Below, one piece after another: positions 41,003-50,124 of a DNA stretch of 64,000 bases (within the stretch, counting starts at the first letter, position 1; every line of letters starts with the position of its first letter). The notes beneath the pieces were generated by a model, which saw only the letters and a program-made list of their open reading frames with translations, did no database searches and was not told the origin of the DNA. Origin of the DNA: an uncultured Methanosarcinales archaeon (GTDB lineage: Archaea > Nanobdellota > Nanobdellia > Woesearchaeales > CALCXY01); assembly GCA_964385185.1 (NCBI GenBank), contig CAYLOA010000004.1:482-64481 (forward strand), written 5' to 3'. Position numbers and translations under genes: made by a program.

Positions 41003-41179
41003 ATGAAAGTCGTTCCACTAAAAGCATCATTTATGATTATTAGTATAGTTGGATTCTTATTAAGTGTATATTTGGTTGATAATGTCTGGCCACAGATGGC
41101 TTTTGCATTTGCAACGGTTTTTGTGTTGATGTTTATTGCTGCACTTATCTCTATGAGTAAAGTACCGATTAAGTAAGAT
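41003..41179 (+). CDS. Small membrane protein (58 aa), below the track cutoff
   Basis: Two hydrophobic helices; ATG at 41003, stop at 41177. Confidence 0.3.
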
Positions 41180-41750
41180 GGCGAAGGAAAAGAAGCATTC
41201 TCAATTGTATGAGAAAATTGAATTACTTATAGATAGACTTATTCCTTGGATGATTTTTTTACTTTTGGTTGTTATTATATTAGAATTTTTTTATCATGAC
41301 TTTGTGCATGATCATCATCTGGAGACGTATCTTAAATGGGCAGACTTTTTAGTTGTAGGAGTTTTTATTCTGGATCTTTATTTTAAATTTAATCGAGTAA
41401 ATAAGATTAAGGATTTCTTCAAACACTATTGGTTAGATATTTTAGCTGTTTTTCCGTTTATCTTATTTTTCAGATTTTTAGATCCGATTATAGGAGTGTT
41501 TGCAAAGAGTGGTGATAAGGTTAAGAAAGGTCAAACCTTGTTACACGAGGGTCTTGAATTGGAGAAAGCAGGGACACGAGCTATTAAAGAGGCTGAGATT
41601 GCCTCCAAAGTGGTTAAGAGTAGCAGGTTTGGAAGGTTTAGTCGGTTTATACGACCTCTGGCTAGGTTGCCTCGGTTTTTGAAGTATTTTTCTCGGTTTA
41701 GAAAAGGATTACATTTCTTTGGAGATCCTAAGCATCATCATAAGAAGTGA
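41178..41750 (+). CDS. Voltage-sensor-domain-like membrane protein (S1-S3 plus Arg-repeat S4-like helix), no pore domain
   Basis: RFGRFSRFIRPLARLPRFLKYFSRFRK has Arg at every third position. Three upstream TM segments. Confidence 0.5.
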   Translation: MAKEKKHSQLYEKIELLIDRLIPWMIFLLLVVIILEFFYHDFVHDHHLETYLKWADFLVVGVFILDLYFKFNRVNKIKDFFKHYWLDILAVFPFILFFRFLDPIIGVFAKSGDKVKKGQTLLHEGLELEKAGTRAIKEAEIASKVVKSSRFGRFSRFIRPLARLPRFLKYFSRFRKGLHFFGDPKHHHKK

Positions 41751-41755
41751 TTATT

Positions 41756-42766
41756 CTATTTGAAATATATTGGGGTGTTAGGCTCTGGAAGTGTGTGCAT
41801 TCTTACATATACTTTTGTTTTGTTTTTGTGTATACTTTTTGGCTGGTTGGCAAGAGATTCTCTTATACAAGTCTCTAGACTTGTTGAAGGAATATAACTA
41901 CATTCTTGATGTAAGTCAGAGATGTCATACAAATGAGGTAGTGTAGTTAATTTCCAAGATTCAGATTTCCAAACTTCTTCTCCTGGAAGGTTTTGAATCG
42001 TTAGATCTATTCCTAGTATCTCTGCTATTTTAAGATAATAATCTCTCGCAATAATTTCTTTAGGATTGACTACGTTCAAAGTTTTACCAAATGCTTTTCC
42101 TGCTAATTTTAGAACTACATTTCCTATGTCTTTGGGATTTACAATATTTAGAGGGATTCTTCCCCTATCACAAAGATATATATTACCTTTTTTTATATGC
42201 TCTATTAAGTTGGGATCTCTGTTGTGTGGAGGTGTACATCCAAGATACGAATTTTTCCCTAAAATATGATGTGGTCTGAGGATCGTCCAATTTATATCTT
42301 CAATTTGGTGCCAAAAACGTTCAATTTCTAATTTATTATTTACATATCCTCCTTGGGTGTTTGGAGTCGCTAAAGTATGATTTGAATGAATAGGTTTGAA
42401 GCTTAATATCGATCTGTCATATACCAAAGTAGAACTCATAATGATCATATGATCCGTTTTTCCTTTATATTTTTGATATGTTATCTGTGGTTTTTCTTCT
42501 GTGTACACTTGGAAAACTACATCCCAATTTCTATTTAGGATTGTATTATCGTCTTTATGAACAAATTCTGTATTCGGGATACTATTATTTTCTATTCCTG
42601 TGACTGTAACATTCCAGCCTTTTTCCAGTGCTTTTTTTGCTGTAGCTGTTCCTATTATCCCTGTACCGCCCACTATTAAGAGTGTTTTCATGCCTATACT
42701 GTGGATCAAGACAACATTTAAATAGTACTTTCCCCTTAGGGGAATGTATGAATATATATGAGGCAC
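41756..42766 (-). CDS. NAD-dependent epimerase/dehydratase (SDR); likely start MKTLLIVGG at ~42688
   Basis: LIVGGTGIIGTATAKKAL (Rossmann GxxGxxG). Confidence 0.7.
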   Translation of the reverse strand: MPHIYSYIPLRGKYYLNVVLIHSIGMKTLLIVGGTGIIGTATAKKALEKGWNVTVTGIENNSIPNTEFVHKDDNTILNRNWDVVFQVYTEEKPQITYQKYKGKTDHMIIMSSTLVYDRSILSFKPIHSNHTLATPNTQGGYVNNKLEIERFWHQIEDINWTILRPHHILGKNSYLGCTPPHNRDPNLIEHIKKGNIYLCDRGRIPLNIVNPKDIGNVVLKLAGKAFGKTLNVVNPKEIIARDYYLKIAEILGIDLTIQNLPGEEVWKSESWKLTTLPHLYDISDLHQECSYIPSTSLETCIRESLANQPKSIHKNKTKVYVRMHTLPEPNTPIYFK

Positions 42767-43482
42767 TTGATATTACTCAAGGAGAGAAAAAAGTATATGC
42801 AGCCCTCATAAAGTTGCGTAGTTCTACAACTGGTCCTCTTTATAGAAAGGCACAGGTTTCTCAATCAAAAGTGTATGAAATATTGGATCGATTACAGAAA
42901 AAAGGTCTTGCTGCATCTATTGTAAAAAATGGGAAAACTTTTTGGCATCCTGCAAATCCATCTATATTTCTTAAAAAAATTGAACATGATTTGGAGATCG
43001 TTAAGGAGAGGAAGAAAGTTTTGGAGAAAGAATTGCCCCAGTTATTGAAACAAGATACCTATCCTTCTGATGAGGCACAAGTTCTTGTGGGATACAATGG
43101 ATTTAGGTCATGTCTTTACAGTTTATTGGATACCTTTAGCTCTCAAGAGGAATTTTTAGTCTTAGGCTCTCCTGTTGTTATTCCTGAGCCTTTCAATACA
43201 TTTTTGAAAGCATTCAACAAGGAACGGATTGACAAAAATATTCATGCCAAATTTTTATATGGTGAAAAGTTAAGGACTTTTGCAAAGGAAATGTATTCCT
43301 TGCCTAAAACTAAATTACGGTTTATGTCTGGATTGACTCCATCAACTATAGCAATAGGAAAAGATAGAATTATTATTATGACTTGGGAGAATACTGGAAA
43401 ATTTGTAGTAATTATGGGTACAGATATTGCAAATAGCTATAGGTTATTTTTTGAGAGTCTTTGGAAGATGTCCAAGAAATAA
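42682..43482 (+). CDS. TrmB-family transcriptional regulator (likely start ~42748)
   Basis: N-terminal wHTH (YEALDITQGEKKVYAALIKL...SKVYEILDRLQKKGL) plus C-terminal TrmB-like domain. Confidence 0.65.
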   Translation: MFSCLYCGSRQHLNSTFPLGECMNIYEALDITQGEKKVYAALIKLRSSTTGPLYRKAQVSQSKVYEILDRLQKKGLAASIVKNGKTFWHPANPSIFLKKIEHDLEIVKERKKVLEKELPQLLKQDTYPSDEAQVLVGYNGFRSCLYSLLDTFSSQEEFLVLGSPVVIPEPFNTFLKAFNKERIDKNIHAKFLYGEKLRTFAKEMYSLPKTKLRFMSGLTPSTIAIGKDRIIIMTWENTGKFVVIMGTDIANSYRLFFESLWKMSKK

Positions 43483-43487
43483 GAAAT

Positions 43488-43781
43488 CTATTTCTTGTCG
43501 AATTTTTCTTTGGCTTTATTTTCTTTCCAGTAGACTGAGTGGGATGCTCTTTTTTCAAAAAGTGATTTAGCGGTAGAGATAATATCCGATTGATACGCTT
43601 TAAGTTGTTGTTCTTGAAGTATGATTTTAGCATCTTGGATACATTCTTTCATTAATTGGATGTTATGGAGTTTTGCTTCTTTTTCTACAATGTGTTCTTC
43701 CTCATCCGAAAGAGTTATTTCTTCCCATTGAGGATAGTTAGAACCAGGTATTTGTTTAGGAAATGTTTTATGAAATGCCAT
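43488..43781 (-). CDS. Hypothetical protein (97 aa) downstream of the ATPase
   Basis: ORF track. Confidence 0.35.
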   Translation of the reverse strand: MAFHKTFPKQIPGSNYPQWEEITLSDEEEHIVEKEAKLHNIQLMKECIQDAKIILQEQQLKAYQSDIISTAKSLFEKRASHSVYWKENKAKEKFDKK

Positions 43782-43821
43782 ATAATGAGGTATGTAATAG
43801 AACTTAATAAGGATTTCTAGT

Positions 43822-45144
43822 CTATAGCGTTATTTTATTCTCATCTTCAGGTGGGATAGCGGTTGGAGCTGATCCACCGTGCCAGGTAAATCTTGGTCTG
43901 GTTCTAAAAGGATACAGTTTTTCATTAGTATCATCGAAAACAACACCTGCTCCTGAAACTTTTGGAAGAAGATTGAGTTCTTTGTCTAATCCTTGTCTCA
44001 TATAAGATTGCATAACGGCTCCTAGGGCTTCCACATCGATTTTTGCAGTCAGTCTATGTGAAACAACAATGTCTGACTGGGTAATTACATCGGTATGGAC
44101 TTTTCCTGGTTGTTGTGTAGCTAGAATCATAGAAATTCCTGGTTGACGTCCTTCTCTTAAAATGGTTATAAGCGCTCTTGAAGATGCTACAATGCTGTCT
44201 CTTGGAAGAAATTCATGTGCTTCATCAATAATTAACCAAACTAAGGGATTGTCCTTCTTTTGTTTTTGTGTTTCAAAGGCAGCTTCTTCTCTATGATGGA
44301 TTTCTTCAAATTCTTCTTGTTTTCTGGCTATCATTCTTTGAACAAATAACTTTTGAGCTACTAATCCAATGACTAATGCTTTGACATTCTCAGCTCCCGG
44401 AAGGGTTGCATAGACAGAGACATCTAAAATGGTTACTTGGCCTCCTTTTACTAATTCAGTAATAGACGTTCCTTTTGTCGAGAATAAACCCCAAGATTTT
44501 ATGGAAATAAAACGATTAATGGTTGCATTTCGTACATCTGCATTTACTTCTTGATTATTTTTTACAGCTATTACAATATCATCAATATCGTAGGGTTTAT
44601 TTTTATCCTTTAGATCTGATAATGTACGTTCAATGAGGACACCGATGGGTTCTGTTAAAGAAATATTGAAGGTGAGGCACCAATCAGCAGCATCTAATTC
44701 TCCAATATTGAGGGAGAAAGGGAAGTCCGTGGGGATTCCTTTTTCTTTGAAGTCTTTATAGTGTCCTTCAGGTGTATAGATCTGTGTGACAAGTGCTTTA
44801 GGTTCTTGATTCCACTCCTTGAGTAAGGCAGGCTCTTTATCATTAGGATATTTCATGGTCCAATAGATTCCCATGGTGTCTAGAATTACTACAGCGAGGT
44901 TTTGGGCAATTTCTGCAGGTAGATTTGCCATTCCTTCTGCCATAACACCCAGTGTGTATGATTTTCCTGATCCTCTTTTACCTACAACTAATACGGCATG
45001 TGATGTGGTAACATCCATGAGGATTTCATTTGATAAGGCCGTACGTTGGCCCATCTTTACATAGTGTTTTCCAATAAGAATAGCTCCTTTGGTACCATAC
45101 TTTTTTCTATCTGAATCCTTTCTTCCTAGAATAATTTCATACAT
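43822..45144 (-). CDS. HerA/FtsK-superfamily P-loop ATPase (DUF87-like)
   Basis: Walker A VVGKRGSGKSYT, Walker B LIIDEAHEF, ATQQPG. Confidence 0.7.
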   Translation of the reverse strand: MYEIILGRKDSDRKKYGTKGAILIGKHYVKMGQRTALSNEILMDVTTSHAVLVVGKRGSGKSYTLGVMAEGMANLPAEIAQNLAVVILDTMGIYWTMKYPNDKEPALLKEWNQEPKALVTQIYTPEGHYKDFKEKGIPTDFPFSLNIGELDAADWCLTFNISLTEPIGVLIERTLSDLKDKNKPYDIDDIVIAVKNNQEVNADVRNATINRFISIKSWGLFSTKGTSITELVKGGQVTILDVSVYATLPGAENVKALVIGLVAQKLFVQRMIARKQEEFEEIHHREEAAFETQKQKKDNPLVWLIIDEAHEFLPRDSIVASSRALITILREGRQPGISMILATQQPGKVHTDVITQSDIVVSHRLTAKIDVEALGAVMQSYMRQGLDKELNLLPKVSGAGVVFDDTNEKLYPFRTRPRFTWHGGSAPTAIPPEDENKITL

Positions 45145-45192
45145 GGTTTACTTTGAGGATGAGAGTATAAAAATGTTGCTTCTTAGTGCAGT

Positions 45193-46806
45193 TTGGCGTC
45201 TAAATCGAAATATACTTTGCAGACTAGAAATCCTTATAAACTGTCTCAGATTGGGTATTTTATGGAAAAAAAGGAGATTAAAGAAGAGGATGAGCTTATA
45301 GAAGCTGCTTCTACCTATAATTATGATGAGCAAATTGAAGAGGAAGAAAAAGAATTAAGTGTTGAAGAAGCTGATGTTGAATCTAATACTATTGAGGCAT
45401 CTGAACCTACATCTCCTGGTAAGTTTAAGAAAATATTAGGTGTTGTTTTAGGATTAGCAATTTTATTCTTAGTTATATCATTAGGTGTTCAGTTTATTGG
45501 TGGGATGTTCGGAAGTGATCCCGCTGTAGCACGTGTTGATGGAATAACTATCACTGAATCAGAGCTTGTAACTAAATATGCTATGGTCCCTGAGTTTTAT
45601 AGAGAGGGAGTTACTCCTCAAGTATTGTTGAATCAATCACTTATCGAGGCTATTCTCTTTAAAGAAGCTACACAAGAAGGATTTATTACTAGTGAACGTG
45701 ATTTAGATGATCATTATCAATCTGTTTTAGTACAGTTAGGGACTGATGAGGCTGGATTTGAAGAACAATTACAATCTGCAAATTTAACTAAAGAGGAAGT
45801 CATGCAAGTGTATAAACAACGTTTAACTATTGGAATGTTTTTGAATGCTACTATTTTATCTACAGCAAGGGTATCTGATGAGGATGTATTATCATTTTTT
45901 CAAGATAATCCGGATCAATTTAGTCAAGGTGAACAGGTAAGAGCTTCTCATATTTTAGTTGAGTCTGAAGATGATGCTCGAACTGTTTTGGATGAGATTA
46001 ATGCAGGTGCTGATTTTGGAGAGCTAGCTAAAGTATATTCACTTGATCCTGGATCTGGAGCTCAAGGCGGAGATCTAGGATTTTTTACTAAAGAAGTAAT
46101 GGTTGCTGAATTTGCTGAAGTTGCCTTTAGTATGGACATTGGTGCAGTCAGTGAACCTGTTGAGACTCAATTTGGTTATCATATTATCTATGTTGTTGAT
46201 CGAAAGGAAGCAACTATTGCTGTATTTGAAGATGTAAAAGAAGATATTGAAGAATTTTTATTATCTCAAGTGAGGCAAGATAATTTAGCAGCATATATCT
46301 CTGGTTTGTACATGCGTGCTGATATTGAAATTTTACACCCTGATTTTGCTGATTTTCCTCTTCCTGGAACACTTGATACCACTGTAGCTTTGGCTGAAGA
46401 GGTTCAAGAGGAAGTTATGGAAGAGGTTGTTGAATTGGAAATTGTTGAAGAAGTTCCTGAAGCTGTTGAAGAGGTTGTTGAACCTGTTGTGGAAGAAGTT
46501 GTTGAGGAAGATTTTGAGCCTGTTGAAGAAGAAATCACTTTAAATTTTTGTGAAGGTTTAAGCGATGATACTGTCATTTATTATTATGCAAATTGGTGCC
46601 AAGGATGTACTGATTTATTAGATTTAGTTCAATTAAGACAAGTAGAAGAGAACATCGTTCTTATTGAAGAATCTACTAACTATGATAGTTGTGTAGATGC
46701 ATTATTAAAACCAGGATTACCTAATTTTGTGTGTATGGGTAGTGGAGAAGTTATTAAAGGAAGTGTTAGTAGATCAGATATTGAGAATTTCTTAGATGCT
46801 TGTTAA
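45193..46806 (+). CDS. Membrane-anchored parvulin (PpiC) peptidyl-prolyl isomerase fused to a C-terminal thioredoxin-like domain (likely start ~45262)
   Basis: Parvulin ASHILV...GGDLGFF...FGYHII. Acidic linker. Thioredoxin-like YYYANWCQGC (CxxC). Confidence 0.7.
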   Translation: MASKSKYTLQTRNPYKLSQIGYFMEKKEIKEEDELIEAASTYNYDEQIEEEEKELSVEEADVESNTIEASEPTSPGKFKKILGVVLGLAILFLVISLGVQFIGGMFGSDPAVARVDGITITESELVTKYAMVPEFYREGVTPQVLLNQSLIEAILFKEATQEGFITSERDLDDHYQSVLVQLGTDEAGFEEQLQSANLTKEEVMQVYKQRLTIGMFLNATILSTARVSDEDVLSFFQDNPDQFSQGEQVRASHILVESEDDARTVLDEINAGADFGELAKVYSLDPGSGAQGGDLGFFTKEVMVAEFAEVAFSMDIGAVSEPVETQFGYHIIYVVDRKEATIAVFEDVKEDIEEFLLSQVRQDNLAAYISGLYMRADIEILHPDFADFPLPGTLDTTVALAEEVQEEVMEEVVELEIVEEVPEAVEEVVEPVVEEVVEEDFEPVEEEITLNFCEGLSDDTVIYYYANWCQGCTDLLDLVQLRQVEENIVLIEESTNYDSCVDALLKPGLPNFVCMGSGEVIKGSVSRSDIENFLDAC

Positions 46807-46840
46807 ATAGAAAATAAAAAAAAGAAAATAAAAAAAGTAA

Positions 46841-48130
46841 TTATAATTCTGCAACGATGTGCATTCCGACTTTAGCGTTTGCTTGAGCAACCTTTGAATC
46901 CATACCAAAGACCCATTTAACATTTGATGTTTCAAGGACTTTGACAATGTTTGCATCGATTACACCGTCGAACACAACTGCATAGACATTTCCAATGCTC
47001 TTAAGAGTTGATTCTAATTCTGTTAATGGAATCTTACCCAAAATAGTCATTTTGTTGTCCACTAAGTATGCCCCTCGAGTACCGATAAGGTCTTCCAACA
47101 TTTTTTTAAATTTTAATTTTGCTTCTGCTTTTAATACAGATTTTGTTGGTGCCTTTGCAGGTGCTCTAACTGGAGCTCTTGTTGGAGTAGCAGCTCTTAT
47201 GGGTGCTGGTCTAGTAGTCGTTCTTGCTGGCATAGGCTTTCGTTCATCCTTTTGAAAACTTCTCTGGGTTGAACGTGAAGCTCTTTCACCATCTGAAGTA
47301 ACTAACTCCATCTTAGCTTGTTCTGTTGAGATTTTACCTCGGAGAGCCATATGGATCTCCTTTTTGGTAATTTCTTCAACTTCTTTACCATCAGGCGCTC
47401 TTGTTACGAAGTCAATATCAGCAACAGCAGTAAGTTCCTTAATAATTAAGTTACCTCCTCTGTCTCCATCAACAAATGCAGTAACAATTTTCTGCCTTGA
47501 TAGTTCAGCTAGTGTTTGCGGAACAGAAGTTCCATTGATAGCAATAGCATTTTTGATACCATACTTCAATAAGTTTAGTACGTCTGCTCTTCCTTCAACA
47601 ACAATGATTTCATCAGATTCTTCTACACCAGGACCTGCTGGAAGTCTTTCTCTACCATAGTTTTTAATTTCCATAACACGGACAGAGTACGCAACTTCAT
47701 CAGCTAATTCTTGTGAATCAGGCATTGATGTATCCATTAAGTTTCTTAATAGATCTTTAGCACGGTCAACAACTTGTTTTCTTTTTGAGATTCGTACATC
47801 TTCGATCTTTTGAACTTTAATAGTTGCATTACATGGACCAATTCTTTGGATAATTTCAAGAGAAGCTCCAATAATTGCAGTTTCTGCTTTATCCATTGAA
47901 CTTGGAACAACAATCATTCCTGATGTTTTTCCAGCTTTGGTTTCTGTATTGACTTCTATTCTACCAATTCTACCAGATCTTTGTAATTCTCTCAATTCTA
48001 ATTCAGAACCCAGTAAACCTTCTGTTTGGCCGAAAATAGCTCCTATAACGTCTGGTTTGTCAACTACACCTTCAATGTCAATTGATGTTTGTACTATATA
48101 TTTTGCCGATACCGGCGATATTTTTCCCAT
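46841..48130 (-). CDS. dnaG: Archaeal DnaG-like primase (Toprim)
   Basis: N-terminal archaeal DnaG pattern, Toprim IVVEGRADV, Pro/Ala/Thr-rich linker. Confidence 0.8.
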   Translation of the reverse strand: MGKISPVSAKYIVQTSIDIEGVVDKPDVIGAIFGQTEGLLGSELELRELQRSGRIGRIEVNTETKAGKTSGMIVVPSSMDKAETAIIGASLEIIQRIGPCNATIKVQKIEDVRISKRKQVVDRAKDLLRNLMDTSMPDSQELADEVAYSVRVMEIKNYGRERLPAGPGVEESDEIIVVEGRADVLNLLKYGIKNAIAINGTSVPQTLAELSRQKIVTAFVDGDRGGNLIIKELTAVADIDFVTRAPDGKEVEEITKKEIHMALRGKISTEQAKMELVTSDGERASRSTQRSFQKDERKPMPARTTTRPAPIRAATPTRAPVRAPAKAPTKSVLKAEAKLKFKKMLEDLIGTRGAYLVDNKMTILGKIPLTELESTLKSIGNVYAVVFDGVIDANIVKVLETSNVKWVFGMDSKVAQANAKVGMHIVAEL

Positions 48131-48689
48131 TTTAATTCCCCCATTGGGAAGGACCTAAGAACGTCTTTCACTTTACTGTATACTTACTTATTTTAAGCGT
48201 GATATAGTGAATGTGATCGTTCTGTTCATCAAGTAATTATGTGTGAATGATGATAGTGTCCTTCTTTTTTGATTTATTTTATTTATTTATTAAATATAAT
48301 TGGTGCCCGTACCACTAACTCCCAAGTTCATAGCCTGGCGTTCGCCGTTAGCTTCCTTGAGTACTCTCGTGACGGGCTGTAGTAAACAAGAGTGTCTTTA
48401 ATGCATTGCAAAACCGAGGTTCAGCTTATCAAAGGACCCATTTGTATACTGATAATAGGGGGTGCGGTTTTATATATAAATCTTGTTAAAAAAGAGGTTA
48501 ATTTCTATATAGAAAATAAATAGTTTTTTATATGATGGAAGGATTCTTTTAGTTATGTTTTGTTGCCATTCTAAGGAGAGAAAATGCAGTTCTTGTACAA
48601 GTATTCTTCTTGAAAGGGAGCAATTTTGTAGGCAATGTTTGAAGAATGTTCATGAGTAGGTTTTTAAATCAGAGAGTTCTTAGGTTATT

Positions 48690-49394
48690 ATGGCTAAAGT
48701 AATGAAGGAGAAGTTTAAGACGTTTCATGATGTCTTTGATGCGTTTACTAATAGAACCATCTTTAAACTCATTACTGAAGGTCATTTTGAGGGTATTATT
48801 GGACCTGTTTGTATTGGAAAGGAAAGTAATGTGTTTCAGGCCAGACGGAAGGATGGAACTAAGGTCATTTTGAAGATTTATCGATTAGAAACCTGTGATT
48901 TTAACAGGATGTTTGATTATATTCGAACTGATCCTCGATTTATGGAGGTTAAGAAGAATAAACGTAAGGTTATTTTTGCTTGGGCTCAAAGAGAGTATAG
49001 GAATCTTTTGAAATCAAGGGATGCAGGAGTTCGTGTTCCTACACCTTATGCTGTTAAGGGGAATGTTTTAGTTATGGAGTTTATTGGTGGGGAGGAAGTT
49101 GCTCCGAAGTTAAAAGATGCCGTTGAAGGAGAAAAACAAGTTAAAGATATTATCAAACAGTATAAGCTATTATACCAAAAAGCAGGTTTGGTGCATGCAG
49201 ATTTGAGTCATTTTAATATTTTAAATGATAATGGAAAGATTGTAGTTATTGATATGAGTGCAGCAACTCCTATAACTGATCCCAATGCTAAAGAATTTTT
49301 TGAAAGAGATGTTAAGACAATTGTTAATTTTTATAAACGACATGGGATAGAATTGGATAAAGATACCGTTATGCAAACAATTAAAAAAGGATAA
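48690..49394 (+). CDS. rio: RIO-type serine/threonine protein kinase
   Basis: VHADLSHFNIL (compare VHGDLSEYN), VIDMSAA. Confidence 0.85.
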   Translation: MAKVMKEKFKTFHDVFDAFTNRTIFKLITEGHFEGIIGPVCIGKESNVFQARRKDGTKVILKIYRLETCDFNRMFDYIRTDPRFMEVKKNKRKVIFAWAQREYRNLLKSRDAGVRVPTPYAVKGNVLVMEFIGGEEVAPKLKDAVEGEKQVKDIIKQYKLLYQKAGLVHADLSHFNILNDNGKIVVIDMSAATPITDPNAKEFFERDVKTIVNFYKRHGIELDKDTVMQTIKKG

Positions 49395-49409
49395 ATACTT
49401 CTAAATAGT

Positions 49410-49967
49410 ATGGAAGCATACACTTATGACATTAAAATACCTCATGAAAGAGTAGCTGTTTTGATTGGGAAAGATGGTACTATTAAGAAAAGATTAGAAC
49501 AAGAGACTAAGACGTCATTAGATGTAGATTCTAAAGAAGGAAATGTGAGTGTTACTGGTGAAGATGCTTTAACTTTGTATACTGCTCGTGAAATTATAAG
49601 TGCAGTGGGTCGTGGATTTAATCCTGAAGTTGCTTTACGATTATTAAAATCTGATTATGCATTTGAATTAATTCAACTAGCAGATTATGCTCGAAATAAA
49701 AATGATGAAAAAAGGCTTAAAGGTCGAGTTATTGGTCAAGAAGGGAAGTCAAGACGGTTAGTTGAGGAGCTTACTTCTACTGATGTTACCGTCTATGGAA
49801 AGACAATTGGAATTATCGGAGAGGCGTATAATGTCTCAATTGCAAGACGTGCTGTTGTTAGTTTGTTAAATGGGAGTACTCATGCAAAAGTGTACAAATG
49901 GCTAGAACAGCAACGGAAGAAAGGTATGGAAGATACTTCTGCTTTTGAGCAGGCTGAAACCGAGTAA
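49410..49967 (+). CDS. KH-domain RNA-binding protein (Pno1/Dim2-like)
   Basis: Two KH-like GxxG segments (IGKDGT, IGQEGKS). Confidence 0.75.
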   Translation: MEAYTYDIKIPHERVAVLIGKDGTIKKRLEQETKTSLDVDSKEGNVSVTGEDALTLYTAREIISAVGRGFNPEVALRLLKSDYAFELIQLADYARNKNDEKRLKGRVIGQEGKSRRLVEELTSTDVTVYGKTIGIIGEAYNVSIARRAVVSLLNGSTHAKVYKWLEQQRKKGMEDTSAFEQAETE

Positions 49968-50124
49968 TTTGTCGTCTATAAAGTTCGTTTTTTGAGTATT
50001 TTTTTTAAAGTTATTTTGTAGTTCTTTTTTTTGAAATTTTTTAGGCCTAATCCAAAGGTTAATAAAGGATTGGCTGACTGAGGCATTTAGGTGAGTAAAA
50101 GTCGCAAAGAAAACAGCTGAAGAA

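Noticed and set aside
4299-45333. Numerous antisense or overlapping 60-120-aa track ORFs inside confident genes (e.g. 4299-4667, 7216-7566, 8173-8700, 36145-36354, 40451-40765, 57158-57454)
   Set aside because: They lie within and opposite to strongly supported genes and have no motifs, typical of AT-rich coding DNA.
48300-48470. 5S rRNA or a tRNA (3' end reads ...GGGCACCA on the minus strand)
   Set aside because: Shared words with 5S (CGAGAGUAC, GCCAGGCUAU, GUUAGUGG) are in the wrong order and on inconsistent strands. No T-loop or anticodon arm could be folded. Kept only as an unassigned ncRNA candidate.
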